This document shows, one piece after another, positions 48,741 to 60,580 of a stretch of DNA of 64,000 nucleotides (its first letter is position 1; every line of letters starts with the position of its first letter). A program made the position numbers and the translations under genes. This DNA is from Candidatus Omnitrophota bacterium. Its GTDB lineage: Bacteria > Omnitrophota > Gorgyraeia > 2-01-FULL-45-10. The notes beneath the pieces were generated by a model, which made no database searches, was not told where the DNA came from, and saw only the letters and a program-made list of their open reading frames with translations. The stretch covers positions 487 to 64,486 of the forward strand of contig JAPLME010000007.1 of the NCBI GenBank assembly GCA_026387175.1, written 5' to 3'.

Positions 48741-50270
48741 CTACGTTACGAATAGATTATGCGAGGAAAACTTGCCATCGGTGGTTACGTTTAAGCCTAT
48801 CATCTTTAATCCGACTTCATCGCCCGGGGTGGCGATATGGGTCATATGCATCTCACAGTCGCGCAGTCCGCTCAGCTTCTTCATGGCTATCTCGGCGGTG
48901 TGATTGGTGGTGGCGCTTATGGATAGCGCGATCAGTATCTCTTCGAGATCCAGGCTCTCCGGATTCCCTTTCAAGATATCCTCTTTAAGAACTGCAATCT
49001 GTTTAATGATCTGCGGAGATATCAGGAGTATCTCATCCGGTATTTTAGCAATTATCTTAACGGCGTTAAGGATGAGGCTGGAGGCCGCATGCATAAGCTT
49101 TGAGTTTTTTCCCGTGACAATTCTCCCGTCCTCCAGTTCAAGCGCCGCACCGCAGTATATTCCATCAAAACCCTTGCCGCTCGATTCCGCTTCATCCGCG
49201 GTCTTCCTGGCATGCGCAACAACGGAGCGGTCTGTAACCTTTACATCCATCTCCTCCATCAGCATCTTGACTCTGGTCACGGTCTCCTTGCTCTCTATGC
49301 CAAGGACATACTCCTGATTGTAACGAAAGTATCTTCTTATGAGCTCTTGTTTTGCGGCATTTTGCACTATGGCATCATTCACTATTCCGTAGCCCGCCCT
49401 GTTCACGCCCATATCTGTGGGCGAATTGTACATCGGAAGGGCCGCGGCCTTATCCACGATCTTCATAAGCATCAGTTTCAATATCGGAAAACTGTCGACG
49501 TCGCGGTTGTAATTTATAGCCGTTTCACCGTATTTCGATAAATGGAACGGGTCGACCAGATTAAAATCGAGGATATCCGCGGTCGCGGCTTCATAGGCGA
49601 CATTAACAGGGTGTTTCAGCGGCAGGTTCCATATAGGGAATGTCTCGAATTTTGCGTAGCCGGCATTGATGCCGCGCCTGTGTTCATGATACAGCTGCGA
49701 AAGGCAGACGGACAGCTTCCCGCTATTCGGTCCGGGAGCGGTGACGACCACTATCGGTTTATTGGTCTCTATATAATCGTTTTTGCCGAATCCGTTGTCG
49801 CTCGCCACATGATCGGTGTTTGTGGAATACCCCTCTATGGGATAGTGGAGGTATACCGTAACGCCGCGGCGCTCAAGCTTATTCCTAAATATAATCGCGG
49901 ACGGCTGATTCGTAAACCGCGTGATGACCACCGAAGATATGTCGAGCCCCCATCTTCTGAGATCGTCGATAAGTTTAAATGTGGCGGCGTCGTATGTTAT
50001 ACCGAAGTCCCCCCTCACCCTTCCCTTTTCGATATCGCCGGCGAATATCGCCAGCACTATCTCGATTTTATCCTTAAGGGCCTGCAGGAGCCTTATCTTG
50101 ACGTTCGGATCGTAACCCGGCAGGACGCGCGCGGCGTGATAGTCGAAGCAGAGCTTTCCGCCGAACTCCAGATAGAGTTTATTGCCAAATTTTTTGACAC
50201 GATCCAGTATCGCGGCGGTCTGTTCTCTTAGGTACTTTTCGTTATCGAAACCGGTTTTATCCGGGGTCAT
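48741..50270 (-). CDS. DUF1846 / UPF0371-family protein
   Basis: N-terminus FDNEKYLREQTAAILDRV..KLYLEFGGKL.FDYHAARVLPGYD matches the UPF0371 signature. About 500 aa. Confidence 0.6.
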   Translation of the reverse strand: MTPDKTGFDNEKYLREQTAAILDRVKKFGNKLYLEFGGKLCFDYHAARVLPGYDPNVKIRLLQALKDKIEIVLAIFAGDIEKGRVRGDFGITYDAATFKLIDDLRRWGLDISSVVITRFTNQPSAIIFRNKLERRGVTVYLHYPIEGYSTNTDHVASDNGFGKNDYIETNKPIVVVTAPGPNSGKLSVCLSQLYHEHRRGINAGYAKFETFPIWNLPLKHPVNVAYEAATADILDFNLVDPFHLSKYGETAINYNRDVDSFPILKLMLMKIVDKAAALPMYNSPTDMGVNRAGYGIVNDAIVQNAAKQELIRRYFRYNQEYVLGIESKETVTRVKMLMEEMDVKVTDRSVVAHARKTADEAESSGKGFDGIYCGAALELEDGRIVTGKNSKLMHAASSLILNAVKIIAKIPDEILLISPQIIKQIAVLKEDILKGNPESLDLEEILIALSISATTNHTAEIAMKKLSGLRDCEMHMTHIATPGDEVGLKMIGLNVTTDGKFSSHNLFVT

Positions 50271-50656
50271 TTTATCACTTTGACATTTGCCTGGACGCTA
50301 TTCTTAAAATCTTCATTCGCTTTTTTGAAAATCTCAGGATTTGATTCCCACCCTTTATATTGAGGCCGGCTATTGACCCATTCCTCGAAAAGCGCCCATC
50401 TAAAATGAGCCGCTGTGACATCATTCGATTCCAGGCCGATCCTGTCGCTCTTTCGATCCGTGACGGTCTTATTTATTGTTTTTCCTTTGTATGCGGTGAT
50501 CGGGACGGCTTTACCGGTGAGTATATTATATCTGGCCGGTATGTCGATGCCCCCGATGTTGTAGTTTACTGTTCTTATGAACAGGGTACGATAGATGAAG
50601 AATATGCCCATTATGACCAGTGTGGTTACGAGCGCGATCTTTAAATTTTTATTCAC
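50267..50656 (-). CDS. Hypothetical membrane-anchored protein
   Basis: One N-terminal TM helix. Overlapping start/stop codons with its neighbours suggest operon coupling. Confidence 0.35.
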   Translation of the reverse strand: MNKNLKIALVTTLVIMGIFFIYRTLFIRTVNYNIGGIDIPARYNILTGKAVPITAYKGKTINKTVTDRKSDRIGLESNDVTAAHFRWALFEEWVNSRPQYKGWESNPEIFKKANEDFKNSVQANVKVIK

Positions 50657-51120
50657 TTATGCTCCTCCTTGTCTTGATCTTTATCTACTACCTGGCCTTC
50701 GACGTCAATAACATCATCATAAGTCTTGCGGGGCCTTTCGCTATTTTTCAGGATATTAAATTTCAGGCTAGTGTTGGTATTGGGAACGAGTATGAGGCTC
50801 AGGATGAAGCTTAAGATGCTGAACAATAACGCGGCCATGAACGCGCTCCAGAAACTTGCCACGGTGAAACCGATTACGAATTTTGAGGCAAGATAAAACA
50901 TGAATGCGTTTATGATGAGCGTGAATAAACCGAGTGAAAATATCGTGAACGGCAGTGTCAGCAGTATCAGGACGGGCCTTAGAAACGCGTTTAAGAGCCC
51001 TATGACCAGAGCGGCAATGATCACTACATTGGAGTTGGCCGCGCTTACGCCCGCTATTGTATGTATCACGACAAAGAGAGCGATGATATTCACGAGCCAC
51101 TTTACGAAAAATGACAGCAC
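50653..51120 (-). CDS. Membrane protein of the PF04020 ('phage holin family 4' / YvlD-like) type
   Basis: Four TM helices. N-terminal WLVNIIALFVV..LLNAFLRPVL pattern typical of this family. Confidence 0.45.
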   Translation of the reverse strand: MLSFFVKWLVNIIALFVVIHTIAGVSAANSNVVIIAALVIGLLNAFLRPVLILLTLPFTIFSLGLFTLIINAFMFYLASKFVIGFTVASFWSAFMAALLFSILSFILSLILVPNTNTSLKFNILKNSERPRKTYDDVIDVEGQVVDKDQDKEEHK

Positions 51121-51125
51121 CTTTA

Positions 51126-51542
51126 TTATTCCCCTATTATCTTTACCAGGACGCGTTTACGGCGTTGTCCGTCAAATTCGCCGTAAAATATCCGCTCCCA
51201 CGGCCCGAAGTCAAGCTGCCCTCCGGTTATCGCCACAACGACTTCCCTGCCCATGATGGTCCTCTTCAGGTGCGCGTCGCCGTTATCCTCGCCCATCAGA
51301 TTATGGCTATATTTATCTTTTCCGTATGGCGCCAGTTTCTCCAGCCATAGCAGGAAGTCCTTATGCAGTCCCGGCTCATTGTCGTTTATAAAGACGCTTG
51401 AGGTTATATGCATCGCGTTTACCAGGCAGAGGCCCTCTTTCACGCCGCTTTTTTTGACGGCGTCCTCGACCTGAGAGTTAATATTTACTATTTCCCGCCG
51501 GTTTTTTGTGTTTAATTGAATATATTCGGTATAGGATTTCAT
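51126..51542 (-). CDS. YjbQ / UPF0047-family protein (secondary thiamine-phosphate synthase fold)
   Basis: Conserved blocks [26 protein letters not shown] and [30 protein letters not shown]. Confidence 0.8.
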   Translation of the reverse strand: MKSYTEYIQLNTKNRREIVNINSQVEDAVKKSGVKEGLCLVNAMHITSSVFINDNEPGLHKDFLLWLEKLAPYGKDKYSHNLMGEDNGDAHLKRTIMGREVVVAITGGQLDFGPWERIFYGEFDGQRRKRVLVKIIGE

Positions 51543-51546
51543 AATA

Positions 51547-52512
51547 TCAGTTAAAAGAATCGATTAATTCTAACATCTTTTCGTAGCTTCTTACAAGAGA
51601 TATCTCTCCGCGCATACTCCTGGCGCCCGGAAACGATCTTAAATACCACAGGGCGGTCTTTCTCATTACGCCCACCTTTCCCGGATCGCTGCATTCCATA
51701 TACTTATACATGTAAGAAAGATGGCGTTTGGCGACCGTTTTTATTGTCGACAGATCTTTCTGCCTTGGCAAAGTACCGTCTTTCATATATTCCCCAATTT
51801 CGTTGAATATCCAGGGGTTCCCGAGGGCGCCTCTGGCCACGAGTATTGCGTCGCAAGACGTTTCGTCGAACATCTTCTTTGCTAACTGGGCCGAGAGCAC
51901 GTCGCCGCTTCCGATAACGGGTATCTTCACCGAGTCTTTTATCGCGTGTATGGCCTCATAATTAACCGTCCCGGCGTAATGCTGCAGTCTTGTCCTGCCA
52001 TGTATGAATATCGCCGAAGCGCCGCTTGATTCGCATCGTTTTGCGAGATGTGTGATATCGGCGAGGGTCTCTTTTTCATGGCCCAGCCTCATCTTGACGG
52101 TGATGGGCAGCTTCAGGGATGACGCCAGCAGTTTTATCGTTTCACAAAGCATGTCCCCATTTTTCAATAGATACGCGCCCGCCTTCTTCTTCATTACTTT
52201 CTTTACCGGACATGCGGCGTTTATATCAAGAAACGCCGCTTTCGTAAATGGGAGCACTGTCTTTGCCGCGCTTAATATTATCCGCGGGTCATTACCAAGA
52301 AGCTGCAGGGCTATGGGCTGGTCTTGCTCAATAGTCTTAAGCATCGCGAATGTTTTCTGGCGGTGGTGAGTAACTGAATGCGCGTCGATCATTTCGAAGA
52401 AACAGAACTTTGCGCCATGCTCGCGGGCTATCAGCCTGAACGGCAGGTCTGTGCAGCCCGACATGGGCGCGAGCAGCGCTTTGGTGCGGATATCGCAGGA
52501 GCCTATCTTCAT
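51547..52512 (-). CDS. tRNA-dihydrouridine synthase
   Basis: [14 protein letters not shown]-terminus, INAACP motif, TIM-barrel FMN-binding blocks, C-terminal helical domain. Confidence 0.85.
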   Translation of the reverse strand: MKIGSCDIRTKALLAPMSGCTDLPFRLIAREHGAKFCFFEMIDAHSVTHHRQKTFAMLKTIEQDQPIALQLLGNDPRIILSAAKTVLPFTKAAFLDINAACPVKKVMKKKAGAYLLKNGDMLCETIKLLASSLKLPITVKMRLGHEKETLADITHLAKRCESSGASAIFIHGRTRLQHYAGTVNYEAIHAIKDSVKIPVIGSGDVLSAQLAKKMFDETSCDAILVARGALGNPWIFNEIGEYMKDGTLPRQKDLSTIKTVAKRHLSYMYKYMECSDPGKVGVMRKTALWYLRSFPGARSMRGEISLVRSYEKMLELIDSFN

Positions 52513-54176
52513 CTCGGTAAATTTACGGTTTTTTCAATAATGAAGTTATTTTCAAAATCGGCGTCTGCGGTTAACTCAGGAGCCTTGAACTGTCCTTCGC
52601 CTGCTGCGCTCTTGGCCGTTTTTCTGGCGCGATAATCTTCAAATGAACCCGGTTTCAGAATTTTCATTACGGGAGAGTCTAATAGCTGGGCCTGTCGGAC
52701 ATAATCGTATTCCCTGTTTTGCTTTCGAAGGGCTTCTTCTATTGATACGAGGATCCTTATAGTATCTTTATCCGCCGGCTGAGGGTCGGAAAATTCCACC
52801 ATAAACGTATAGCGCGGCCCTTCCAGAGGCTTTGCGACTGCGCAGAAAAATACCATGCGGATCTTCTCTTTTTCCAGGACTTTCGTCATTGCCTCGCTCA
52901 CATGCGACTCGTAGAGCTTCTCGCCGGCAAGCGATGTAGCGCCGAGGCCCTTCTGGACAAACTCTATCATGGGGGTTTGCTTAAAGAAACCGGTGACCTT
53001 TATTATATCGTCTATATTATATCTATATAGCCCGCCGGCGGTAGTGACTATTATAAAATATTCCCTGCCCATTTCGAGTTCATTGCAGAGAAGGGTGCGC
53101 TTTTTTTTATTGGTTATATCTTCTTTCGGAATGAACTCATAAAAATTAGTCCGGATCGCCAGGACGCCGCTTGATGTATCGTCGCTTATAGGTATGGAGC
53201 TCCTGGCTTCCGTAGATACGCAGCCGATGTCGCGTTTAGGTATTGCGCCAAAATAGTCCTCGAGTTCTTTCAGGTATAATTTCATCATGCCGCCCTGCCA
53301 GCACTCGATAAGCTCCATGTTTGGCCAGAAGTCCTTTGGCAGGAGCCTTCCGCGGTCTTTCAGTATCTTTTTCAGCTCGTCCGCCTTTTTGGAATTGGGC
53401 TTAAAGGACTTCTCGAGTATCGCGCGGATCTCTGGTGATATTTCAAACTTTTCGGAAAGCTTGCCGAGAGATATGTCGTCTATTATCAGATCCTGCCACT
53501 TCTCTATCTTGCGCATGAGCAGAACTATCGTATTCGGGTTAAGCGTCGCGATATTGGTGATATTCTGTTCTATGCTTATTCTGAGCATAGTGTAATGGCG
53601 GGCCTCATAGTTCTCTATCTCGAATACCTCGTAAGGAAGCGAGTATAGCTCTATGATGAGTTTCGGCAGGGCCCGGTAGCTGTAACCGCTCTCGGCGCCG
53701 AACGGAATACCGGCTTCCGTAGCACCTTCGGTCTCCGGGCTTACGATGGCGAGTATCTTACCATCGAGTACACCAGGATGGTCGCGGGATATGTAGTAGC
53801 TCCATAGGTCCAGGAGGGCATTCTTGATCTTTTCCGAATAACCTGTTGTGGGGATCAGTTTTGGTTTATCTGTGGTGCCGCTTGTAGCGCCAAAGAATTC
53901 GACTTTATCTTTGGTGAGGATATTCTGCTCGCCCGAAGCGATCTTATCGACGTACGGGCGGATGGCCTCGTAGGTATTGATCGGCACCAAGCGCCTGTAA
54001 TCATCTATCGATCGTATCGCACCGAAATTATATTTACGGCCGTACTCCGTATCCTTATTGCGCCGCAGGTATTTCAGGAGGGTCTTTTCCTGGGCTTTAA
54101 GCGGATCTTCTGTCGATGCCTCGAAGACGATTCGTCTGGGCTCGAGATACTTCAGCAAAAGAGTTATTATGCTCAT
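52509..54176 (-). CDS. GH3-family (auxin-responsive-GH3-like) acyl-adenylate-forming enzyme
   Basis: N-terminal ..FEASTEDPLKAQEKTLLKYLRRNKDTEYGRKY and FGATSGTTDKPKLIPTT (GH3 P-loop). About 555 aa. Confidence 0.7.
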   Translation of the reverse strand: MSIITLLLKYLEPRRIVFEASTEDPLKAQEKTLLKYLRRNKDTEYGRKYNFGAIRSIDDYRRLVPINTYEAIRPYVDKIASGEQNILTKDKVEFFGATSGTTDKPKLIPTTGYSEKIKNALLDLWSYYISRDHPGVLDGKILAIVSPETEGATEAGIPFGAESGYSYRALPKLIIELYSLPYEVFEIENYEARHYTMLRISIEQNITNIATLNPNTIVLLMRKIEKWQDLIIDDISLGKLSEKFEISPEIRAILEKSFKPNSKKADELKKILKDRGRLLPKDFWPNMELIECWQGGMMKLYLKELEDYFGAIPKRDIGCVSTEARSSIPISDDTSSGVLAIRTNFYEFIPKEDITNKKKRTLLCNELEMGREYFIIVTTAGGLYRYNIDDIIKVTGFFKQTPMIEFVQKGLGATSLAGEKLYESHVSEAMTKVLEKEKIRMVFFCAVAKPLEGPRYTFMVEFSDPQPADKDTIRILVSIEEALRKQNREYDYVRQAQLLDSPVMKILKPGSFEDYRARKTAKSAAGEGQFKAPELTADADFENNFIIEKTVNLPR

Positions 54177-54194
54177 AAGCCTTTAGAGACCTTA

Positions 54195-55862
54195 TTACTG
54201 ACTGTCGTAGGTGGAGTAATAGTACGGCGTGTATGCCTGAAATTCCGCAGCGCAGGTGTCGACCAGCTTATAGTCCGGTTTAATGTTGTGGGTCTTTCTC
54301 AAGGCGGAGATCTCATCCTCGGTAACTCCGGTCAGGAGCGCTATCTGGCGGTCGCTGAAACCGAACTCTTTTGCTGTCTTTAGCAGTTTTGCGGTGATGG
54401 GGCTCCCTTTCCGGGTGATCTCTTTTTCGAGTTCAATTATCTCTTTTATGTTATACAGGAACCACCTGTCGATACAGGTCAACTCATAGATCTTGTCTAT
54501 AGACACTCCGGCTCTTATGGCATCCCCGATATAGAATATCCTGTCGCAGTTGGGTTTTCTCAGCTTTTCATAGATGATGTTCAATGTGTCGTCGTCGGCC
54601 TTTATCTCCCGAGGATAATTTTTAAAGAGCAGGCTTTCAAGACCGCTCTTCTTTATTTCAAGAGATCTCAGGCCCTTCTGCAGGGACTCCTTGAAGGTCC
54701 TGCCGATCGACATCGCCTCCCCTACGGATTTCATCGATATAGTTAGCGTCGGATCGGCCGCAGGGAACTTTTCGAAAGTGAAGCGCGGTATCTTCACGAC
54801 GCAGTAATCGATCGACGGTTCAAAACATGCGGGAGTCTCTTTAGTGATATCGTTAGGTATCTCATCGAGCGTGTATCCGACCGCGAGCTTAGCCGCGATC
54901 TTCGCTATGGGAAAGCCCGTTGCCTTTGAGGCCAGCGCTGAGCTTCTTGAAACGCGGGGGTTCATCTCTATTACGACCATACGTCCGTTATCGGGGTTTA
55001 TGGCAAACTGTATGTTGGATCCGCCGGTTTCGACGCCTATCTCCCTTATGCAGGCTATTGCCGCGTTCCTCATGACCTGGTATTCCTTGTCGGTCAACGT
55101 TTGGGCCGGCGCGACAGTTATCGAATCTCCGGTATGCACGCCCATAGGATCAAAGTTCTCTATAGAGCATATGACGACGACATTATCCTTCTTGTCTCTC
55201 ATGACCTCGAGCTCAAACTCTTTCCAGCCGATCACGGATTCCTCGATGAGCACTTCGCTTATCATGCTGGAGTCCAGCCCTATCTTCGCCAGTTCCCTGA
55301 ACTCTTCCATGTTATAAGCGACAGCCCCGCCCGTTCCGCCCAGAGTGAAGCTCGGCCTTATTATTATAGGAAAACCGATCTTTTCGGCGACCGAGATCGC
55401 CTCATTAAGGTTATAGGCCTTACCGCTCTCCGGAAGGTCCAGCCCTATCTTCTGCATGGCCTCTTTAAAGAGATGCCTGTCTTCCGCCTTCTTTATCGCT
55501 TTTATATTGGCACCTATCATAGTGACCCTGTATTTTTTCAAAACTCCGGCTTTATCAAGCCCCACTGCGACGTTCAACGCTGTCTGTCCGCCCAGAGTCG
55601 GAAGAAGAGCGTCGGGCCGCTCTCTTTCGATGATCTTCCTTATCGCGTCCACGGTGATCGGTTCGATGTAAGTTTTATCCGCAAGCTCGGGATCCGTCAT
55701 GATAGTCGCGGGGTTAGAATTTATCAGGATCACTTTGTAACCTTCCTGCCTCAGGACCTTACAGGCCTGTGAGCCGGAATAGTCGAACTCGCAGGCCTGC
55801 CCTATCACTATGGGGCCGGAGCCTATTATCAATATCTTTTTCAGGTCTGTGCGTTTTGGCAT
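54195..55862 (-). CDS. carB: Carbamoyl-phosphate synthase large subunit, N-terminal half (first ATP-grasp plus oligomerisation domain)
   Basis: [26 protein letters not shown].. start and a complete first CPSase repeat. Stops after the oligomerisation domain at 555 aa. Confidence 0.85.
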   Translation of the reverse strand: MPKRTDLKKILIIGSGPIVIGQACEFDYSGSQACKVLRQEGYKVILINSNPATIMTDPELADKTYIEPITVDAIRKIIERERPDALLPTLGGQTALNVAVGLDKAGVLKKYRVTMIGANIKAIKKAEDRHLFKEAMQKIGLDLPESGKAYNLNEAISVAEKIGFPIIIRPSFTLGGTGGAVAYNMEEFRELAKIGLDSSMISEVLIEESVIGWKEFELEVMRDKKDNVVVICSIENFDPMGVHTGDSITVAPAQTLTDKEYQVMRNAAIACIREIGVETGGSNIQFAINPDNGRMVVIEMNPRVSRSSALASKATGFPIAKIAAKLAVGYTLDEIPNDITKETPACFEPSIDYCVVKIPRFTFEKFPAADPTLTISMKSVGEAMSIGRTFKESLQKGLRSLEIKKSGLESLLFKNYPREIKADDDTLNIIYEKLRKPNCDRIFYIGDAIRAGVSIDKIYELTCIDRWFLYNIKEIIELEKEITRKGSPITAKLLKTAKEFGFSDRQIALLTGVTEDEISALRKTHNIKPDYKLVDTCAAEFQAYTPYYYSTYDSQ

Positions 55863-55863
55863 A

Positions 55864-56940
55864 TCAGTTCTTCTTCATCAATTCTACGAATCTTCCGAAC
55901 AGGTATTCAGCGTCCTTGGGGCCCGGGCACGCCTCCGGGTGAAACTGTACAGAAAATATCGGGAGTTTCTTATGTCTGATGCCTTCAAGAGTCTCATCGT
56001 TCAGGTTTATATGCGTGATCTCGAGCTCTTTTGTATTCAATGTGTTGATATCGACGCAGAATCCGTGGTTTTGGACGGTGATGGCTACCTTGCCGGTCTT
56101 CAGGTCCTTGACCGGCTGATTTCCCCCATGGTGCCCGAATTTTAACTTGTAGGTCTTTCCGCCGAATGCCTGGCCGAGCATCTGGTGTCCGAGGCATATT
56201 CCGAAGATCGGCAATTTACCGATCAGGCCCTGTACTGTCTTTACAATGTAAGGAAGCGCTCCGGGATCGCCGGGGCCGTTAGACAGCATTATGCCGTGAG
56301 GCTTCAGGTCCAATATCTCTTTTGCGCTCGTAGTGGCGGGGACTACCGTTACTTTGCAGTCATTACGCGCAAGCTCGCGCATTATATTAAATTTGGCTCC
56401 GCAGTCGAGAACGATGACTTTAAAGCGCCCTTTGGCGTTCCACTCGTAAGGCTTAGATGGGATAACTTCTTTTATCAGGTCTATACCGACGAGCCCCGGC
56501 GATGCCTTTGCCTTTTTAATGAGATTTGTTTCATTCAGGTCTTCGGTGGACAGGACCGCCTTCATGGCGCCGGATTGCCTTATATGCATAGTAAGGCTGC
56601 GCGTATCGATGCCTTCTATGCCCAGAATGTTGTTGTCTTTGAGGTAGTCCCCGAGCGTCTTTTTACTGCGCCAGTTAGATGCGATCTTCGAACACTCTTT
56701 TACTACGAAGCCTTCAAGGAACGGTTTGCGGGATTCGGAGTCTTCATCATTGATGCCGTAATTACCTATCAGCGGATACGTCATCGTGACGATCTGGCCT
56801 TTGTAAGATGGATCTGTCAGCACTTCCTGGTAACCGGCCATGCTGGTATTAAAGACGACTTCGCCGTAACTTTCGCCTTTGGCGCCGAAAGATTGGCCCT
56901 TGAATATACGGCCGTCCTCTAAAGCTAATATAGCTTCCAT
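55864..56940 (-). CDS. carA: Carbamoyl-phosphate synthase small subunit (glutaminase)
   Basis: CPSase_sm N-domain ([14 protein letters not shown]..) and a GATase domain with GICLGHQ. Confidence 0.9.
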   Translation of the reverse strand: MEAILALEDGRIFKGQSFGAKGESYGEVVFNTSMAGYQEVLTDPSYKGQIVTMTYPLIGNYGINDEDSESRKPFLEGFVVKECSKIASNWRSKKTLGDYLKDNNILGIEGIDTRSLTMHIRQSGAMKAVLSTEDLNETNLIKKAKASPGLVGIDLIKEVIPSKPYEWNAKGRFKVIVLDCGAKFNIMRELARNDCKVTVVPATTSAKEILDLKPHGIMLSNGPGDPGALPYIVKTVQGLIGKLPIFGICLGHQMLGQAFGGKTYKLKFGHHGGNQPVKDLKTGKVAITVQNHGFCVDINTLNTKELEITHINLNDETLEGIRHKKLPIFSVQFHPEACPGPKDAEYLFGRFVELMKKN

Positions 56941-57011
56941 CTCACACTCCTGCCTTATTTCAGCGATTATATATTACCGGCTGGTAAAAGTCAAAGCACA
57001 AATCGAGCGGG

Positions 57012-58610
57012 CTATTTTTTGAGCGCGGCTTTGATGAAGTCGCGGAATAGCGGATGCGGCCTATCCGGCTTTGACTTGAATTCAGGGTGGTACTGGACGG
57101 CTATAAAGTAAGGATGGCCTTTTATCTCGACCATCTCTACGAGATTCTTATTCGGATATATGCCGGAGAAGACCATGCCGTTTTTGGAGAAGAGATCCCT
57201 GTATTTATTATTGAACTCATATCTATGGCGGTGGCGCTCCAGGACGAGGTCCTTACCGTATGCTTTGAATGCGGCGGAAGGCCTCTTTATCTCGCACGGG
57301 TAGACGCCCAATCTCATGGTTCCGCCCATGTCTTTTATGCCCTTCTGCTCCTCGAGCAAGCTGATCACAGGATCTTTTGTGTCCGGTTCGAATTCGGTGG
57401 AATTGGCGCTTTTCAGGCCGCACTTGTTTCGCGCGAATTCTATCACCGCGCACTGCATTCCCAGACACAGCCCGAAGAATGGTATTTTGTGCTCTCTGGC
57501 GTATTTTATGGTTTTGATCTTGCCTTCTATACCGCGGTAGCCGAAGCCCCCCGGCACAAGTATACCGGATACGCCGCCAAGCAGCCTGTCCGCTCCAATT
57601 CTCTCTACATCTTCAGAGTCAACCTTTTTTATGATCACCTTAGTGTTATTAGATATACCCGCGTGTACGAGAGATTCATAAATGGATTTGTAGGCATCCT
57701 GCAAACCAATATACTTACCTACCACGGCAACGGTCACCTTCTCTTTTGGTTTCAGGATCCTGTCCACAACCATTGTGCGCCACTTCTTAAGGTTAGTGGA
57801 TTTGCATTTGATATTGAAGTGGTTCAGCAGTATCTTGTCAAGCCCCTGGTCCTTGAATATCAGGGGCACTTCATATATCGTTTCGGCGTCAGGCGCCTCG
57901 ATGACAGCCCCTTTGCGGACATTGCAGAATAGAGATATCTTATCTTTTATGTCGTCGGAAAGCGGTTTTTCCGTGCGGCACAGCAAGACGTCTGGCTGTA
58001 TGCCTATTTCGCGTAGTTTACCTACAGAGTGCTGAGTGGGTTTTGTCTTTATTTCGCCGGCCGAGCGCACATATGGGATCAGCGTCAGGTGTATATATAG
58101 AGCGTTATTATAACCGACATCGAGGCGGAATTGTCTGGCGGCTTCCAGGAACGGAAGGCTTTCGATGTCACCGACGGTGCCGCCTATCTCCACTATTAAA
58201 ATATCAGCGTCAGATACCTGAGCCGCTTTCTTTATCCGTTCCTTTATTTCGTCGGTTATATGCGGAATGACCTGGATGGTCTTGCCGAGGTAGTCTCCGC
58301 GCCTCTCTTTGAGTATTACAGTATTGTAAACCTGGCCGGTGGTGACGTTATTAAATTTTGTCATCTGAGCGCTTGTGAAACGTTCATAATGGCCGAGATC
58401 GAGATCCGTCTCGGCGCCGTCTTCCGTGACGTAGACCTCTCCATGCTGATACGGATTCATGGTGCCGGGGTCTACGTTTATATAAGGATCGAGCTTAATG
58501 AGAGAGACTTTAAGGCCTCTTGACTCCAAAATCTTGGCTATAGACGCTGAGGCGATTCCTTTACCTAGACTCGAAATCACACCGCCAGTGGTGAATATAT
58601 ATTTTGTCAT
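57012..58610 (-). CDS. pyrG: CTP synthase
   Basis: RBS AGAGGAGAG before the ATG at 58610 ([19 protein letters not shown]..). C-terminal GATase with GLCLGMQ. Confidence 0.9.
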   Translation of the reverse strand: MTKYIFTTGGVISSLGKGIASASIAKILESRGLKVSLIKLDPYINVDPGTMNPYQHGEVYVTEDGAETDLDLGHYERFTSAQMTKFNNVTTGQVYNTVILKERRGDYLGKTIQVIPHITDEIKERIKKAAQVSDADILIVEIGGTVGDIESLPFLEAARQFRLDVGYNNALYIHLTLIPYVRSAGEIKTKPTQHSVGKLREIGIQPDVLLCRTEKPLSDDIKDKISLFCNVRKGAVIEAPDAETIYEVPLIFKDQGLDKILLNHFNIKCKSTNLKKWRTMVVDRILKPKEKVTVAVVGKYIGLQDAYKSIYESLVHAGISNNTKVIIKKVDSEDVERIGADRLLGGVSGILVPGGFGYRGIEGKIKTIKYAREHKIPFFGLCLGMQCAVIEFARNKCGLKSANSTEFEPDTKDPVISLLEEQKGIKDMGGTMRLGVYPCEIKRPSAAFKAYGKDLVLERHRHRYEFNNKYRDLFSKNGMVFSGIYPNKNLVEMVEIKGHPYFIAVQYHPEFKSKPDRPHPLFRDFIKAALKK

Positions 58611-58632
58611 GCTCTCCTCTTTTATTAAAAAC

Positions 58633-58690
58633 AACAAGGACGCTTTGAGCGCCGATAGTACGGCTTCAAAACGTCCTTGTTTTTTGAGGT
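58633..58690. terminator. Bidirectional hairpin terminator between the GltB-like gene and pyrG
   Basis: 8-bp stem caaggacg/cgtccttg with a long loop. T-runs on both sides: ttttttg on +, ttgtttttaat on the - strand reading. Confidence 0.45.
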
Positions 58691-58717
58691 ATTCTACGCT
58701 GAGCTACCTACAGCGGA

Positions 58718-60358
58718 TTATACCATAACCCTGGTTCGTGTCAAGGAAGTTTTCGATTGCTTCGATGTCTTCCCATCCAGAACCATTTCAGCCTCTTTCC
58801 TGTAGGCATCCATAACACAAGAGATGCCGGAGACTTTTGCGGCTTCTTCCGTCAGGGCCATCAGGTCTTTTCTCGATATCGTGTTTAACGAGAAGTTTCT
58901 CGACCCTGCCATAAGCTGCTGCAGGCCCACCTTTATCCGCTGAGAGAACGTGTAAATTCCGACCGCTCCGAGAGGTATGTCCTTCATGTCGCTGCCATAC
59001 TTTTCTTTAAGCTCGTCGTATGTTACGAAGATCTCTTCCGGTTTCATTCCAAACTCCGCAATGTTCGGCGGCAGTTTACCGTCTTTGATCCAGGTTTCGA
59101 TATTCTTTCCGACGAAGCCGGGGATCATCAGAGCCCTGCCCATGCAGACGGCTTTCACGTAAGGCGCGCCCATCGCGAGCACTTTGAATACATGATCCTC
59201 GAGGGCGAATCCGCCGGCGATAGCTATGCTGGGGATCCTCGCCTTCTTCTTCGACAGCTTTTCGCAGAACTCATATGCGAGAGACTGCAGATAGAATGTC
59301 GGTATTCCCCATTCCTGCATCATCCTCCAGGGGCTCATGCCCGTTCCGCCGGAAGAGCCGTCTATCGTCAGAAGGTCGATCTTCGCCTCGGACGAGAATT
59401 TAATGGCCTGCGCGAGTTCTACCATCGAGTAGGCGCCGGTCTTAAGCGTGATGCGTTTGAATCCTATATTTCTTAATCGTTTGACCTCATCCATGAACCC
59501 GTCATAAGAAACGAACCCGAGTCTTGAATGCCTCTCGAACTCTTTTATGGCGCCGTCCTTGAATGCCATCTGGTTCGAATGCACGGTCGGGTCGGGAGTA
59601 ACGATATAACCGCGCTTCTTAAGCTCTTTTGCTCTGTCGAGCGAATTGACTTTGATCTCACCGCCGATGCACTTCGCTCCCTGTCCCCACTTAAGCTCTA
59701 TAGTGTCGAGCTTATGCTTTTTGTGGACGTATTCGGCGACCCCCAGTCTCGTATCCTCGACGTTCATCTGAACGAGTATTTCGCCATAGCCTTCCTGGAA
59801 CCGTCTGTACAGCTCTATGCGCCTGTCCATATCCGGCGCGCTTGTGATCTTGCCTTTTGAGTCGAGCTCCAGCTTAGGGTCGATCCCGCAGACGTTTTCA
59901 CCGCATACAAGCGTAACGCCGGAAATAGCGGCTCCGACGGCGAAATGTTCCCAGTTCTTCCTCGCTATCTCGGTCGAGCCGAGCGCGCCGGTGAAGATCG
60001 GAAGGCGCATCTTCACTTTTTTGTCCCAGCCGTACTCTGTCTCAGTGTTTACTGAAGGAAAGGTGGCCGTATCAGGATTACCTTCCACGCCTTTAGGCAG
60101 CCCTTTTGCGCCGGAGGCGTATCCCTGAATATTTAGATGTGAATAATCTACCGGATAATCCTTGTCCCCGCCCGCTGTCATTTCACCGAAGGGCCCGGGG
60201 TAGATAACTTCCCTGCCTCTGAACGAGGACTTAAATACTTCGCAATTTCCGCGGCATGCTTCAAGGCATCTTGAACATAGACCTGAACTTGGCACGACGT
60301 TCTTTGAGCGGTTGAACGTGCGGCTTGCATCGTTTCCACCCGGACAACGCAGGTTCAT
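58718..60358 (-). CDS. FMN-binding glutamate-synthase-family protein (archaeal-type GltB domain-2 homolog) with an N-terminal Cys-rich segment
   Basis: Conserved SSGGTGMSPW..EWGIPT and FMN/TIM-barrel blocks. N-terminal C-x2-C..C-x3-C. Confidence 0.7.
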   Translation of the reverse strand: MNLRCPGGNDASRTFNRSKNVVPSSGLCSRCLEACRGNCEVFKSSFRGREVIYPGPFGEMTAGGDKDYPVDYSHLNIQGYASGAKGLPKGVEGNPDTATFPSVNTETEYGWDKKVKMRLPIFTGALGSTEIARKNWEHFAVGAAISGVTLVCGENVCGIDPKLELDSKGKITSAPDMDRRIELYRRFQEGYGEILVQMNVEDTRLGVAEYVHKKHKLDTIELKWGQGAKCIGGEIKVNSLDRAKELKKRGYIVTPDPTVHSNQMAFKDGAIKEFERHSRLGFVSYDGFMDEVKRLRNIGFKRITLKTGAYSMVELAQAIKFSSEAKIDLLTIDGSSGGTGMSPWRMMQEWGIPTFYLQSLAYEFCEKLSKKKARIPSIAIAGGFALEDHVFKVLAMGAPYVKAVCMGRALMIPGFVGKNIETWIKDGKLPPNIAEFGMKPEEIFVTYDELKEKYGSDMKDIPLGAVGIYTFSQRIKVGLQQLMAGSRNFSLNTISRKDLMALTEEAAKVSGISCVMDAYRKEAEMVLDGKTSKQSKTSLTRTRVMV

Positions 60359-60580
60359 AGATCCTCCCCTTGTTTGTTATTTTTTTTGCATCATTTGCCT
60401 GTTTTTAAGGCTCACCAATGCAAAAAAATATATGCCTCCATTGGCTATTTTAGGACGTCTCTGTCCCCGGGCCCATAGCGTCATCGGTAAGGGCGGGAGG
60501 CTGCTTAATTATATGTAATTATACGCACAAATGCCGGATATTTCTACAAATATATTTTATTTGGATTTTACTTATTTGTT

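Noticed and set aside
49542-50231. 229-aa + strand ORF (and 49212..49541, 48904..49317) antisense within the DUF1846 gene
   Set aside because: Antisense to a strongly supported - strand gene with conserved family motifs. No RBS. The composition is typical of shadow ORFs.
57087-57932. 281-aa + strand ORF antisense within pyrG
   Set aside because: Shadow ORF opposite a highly conserved CTP synthase gene.
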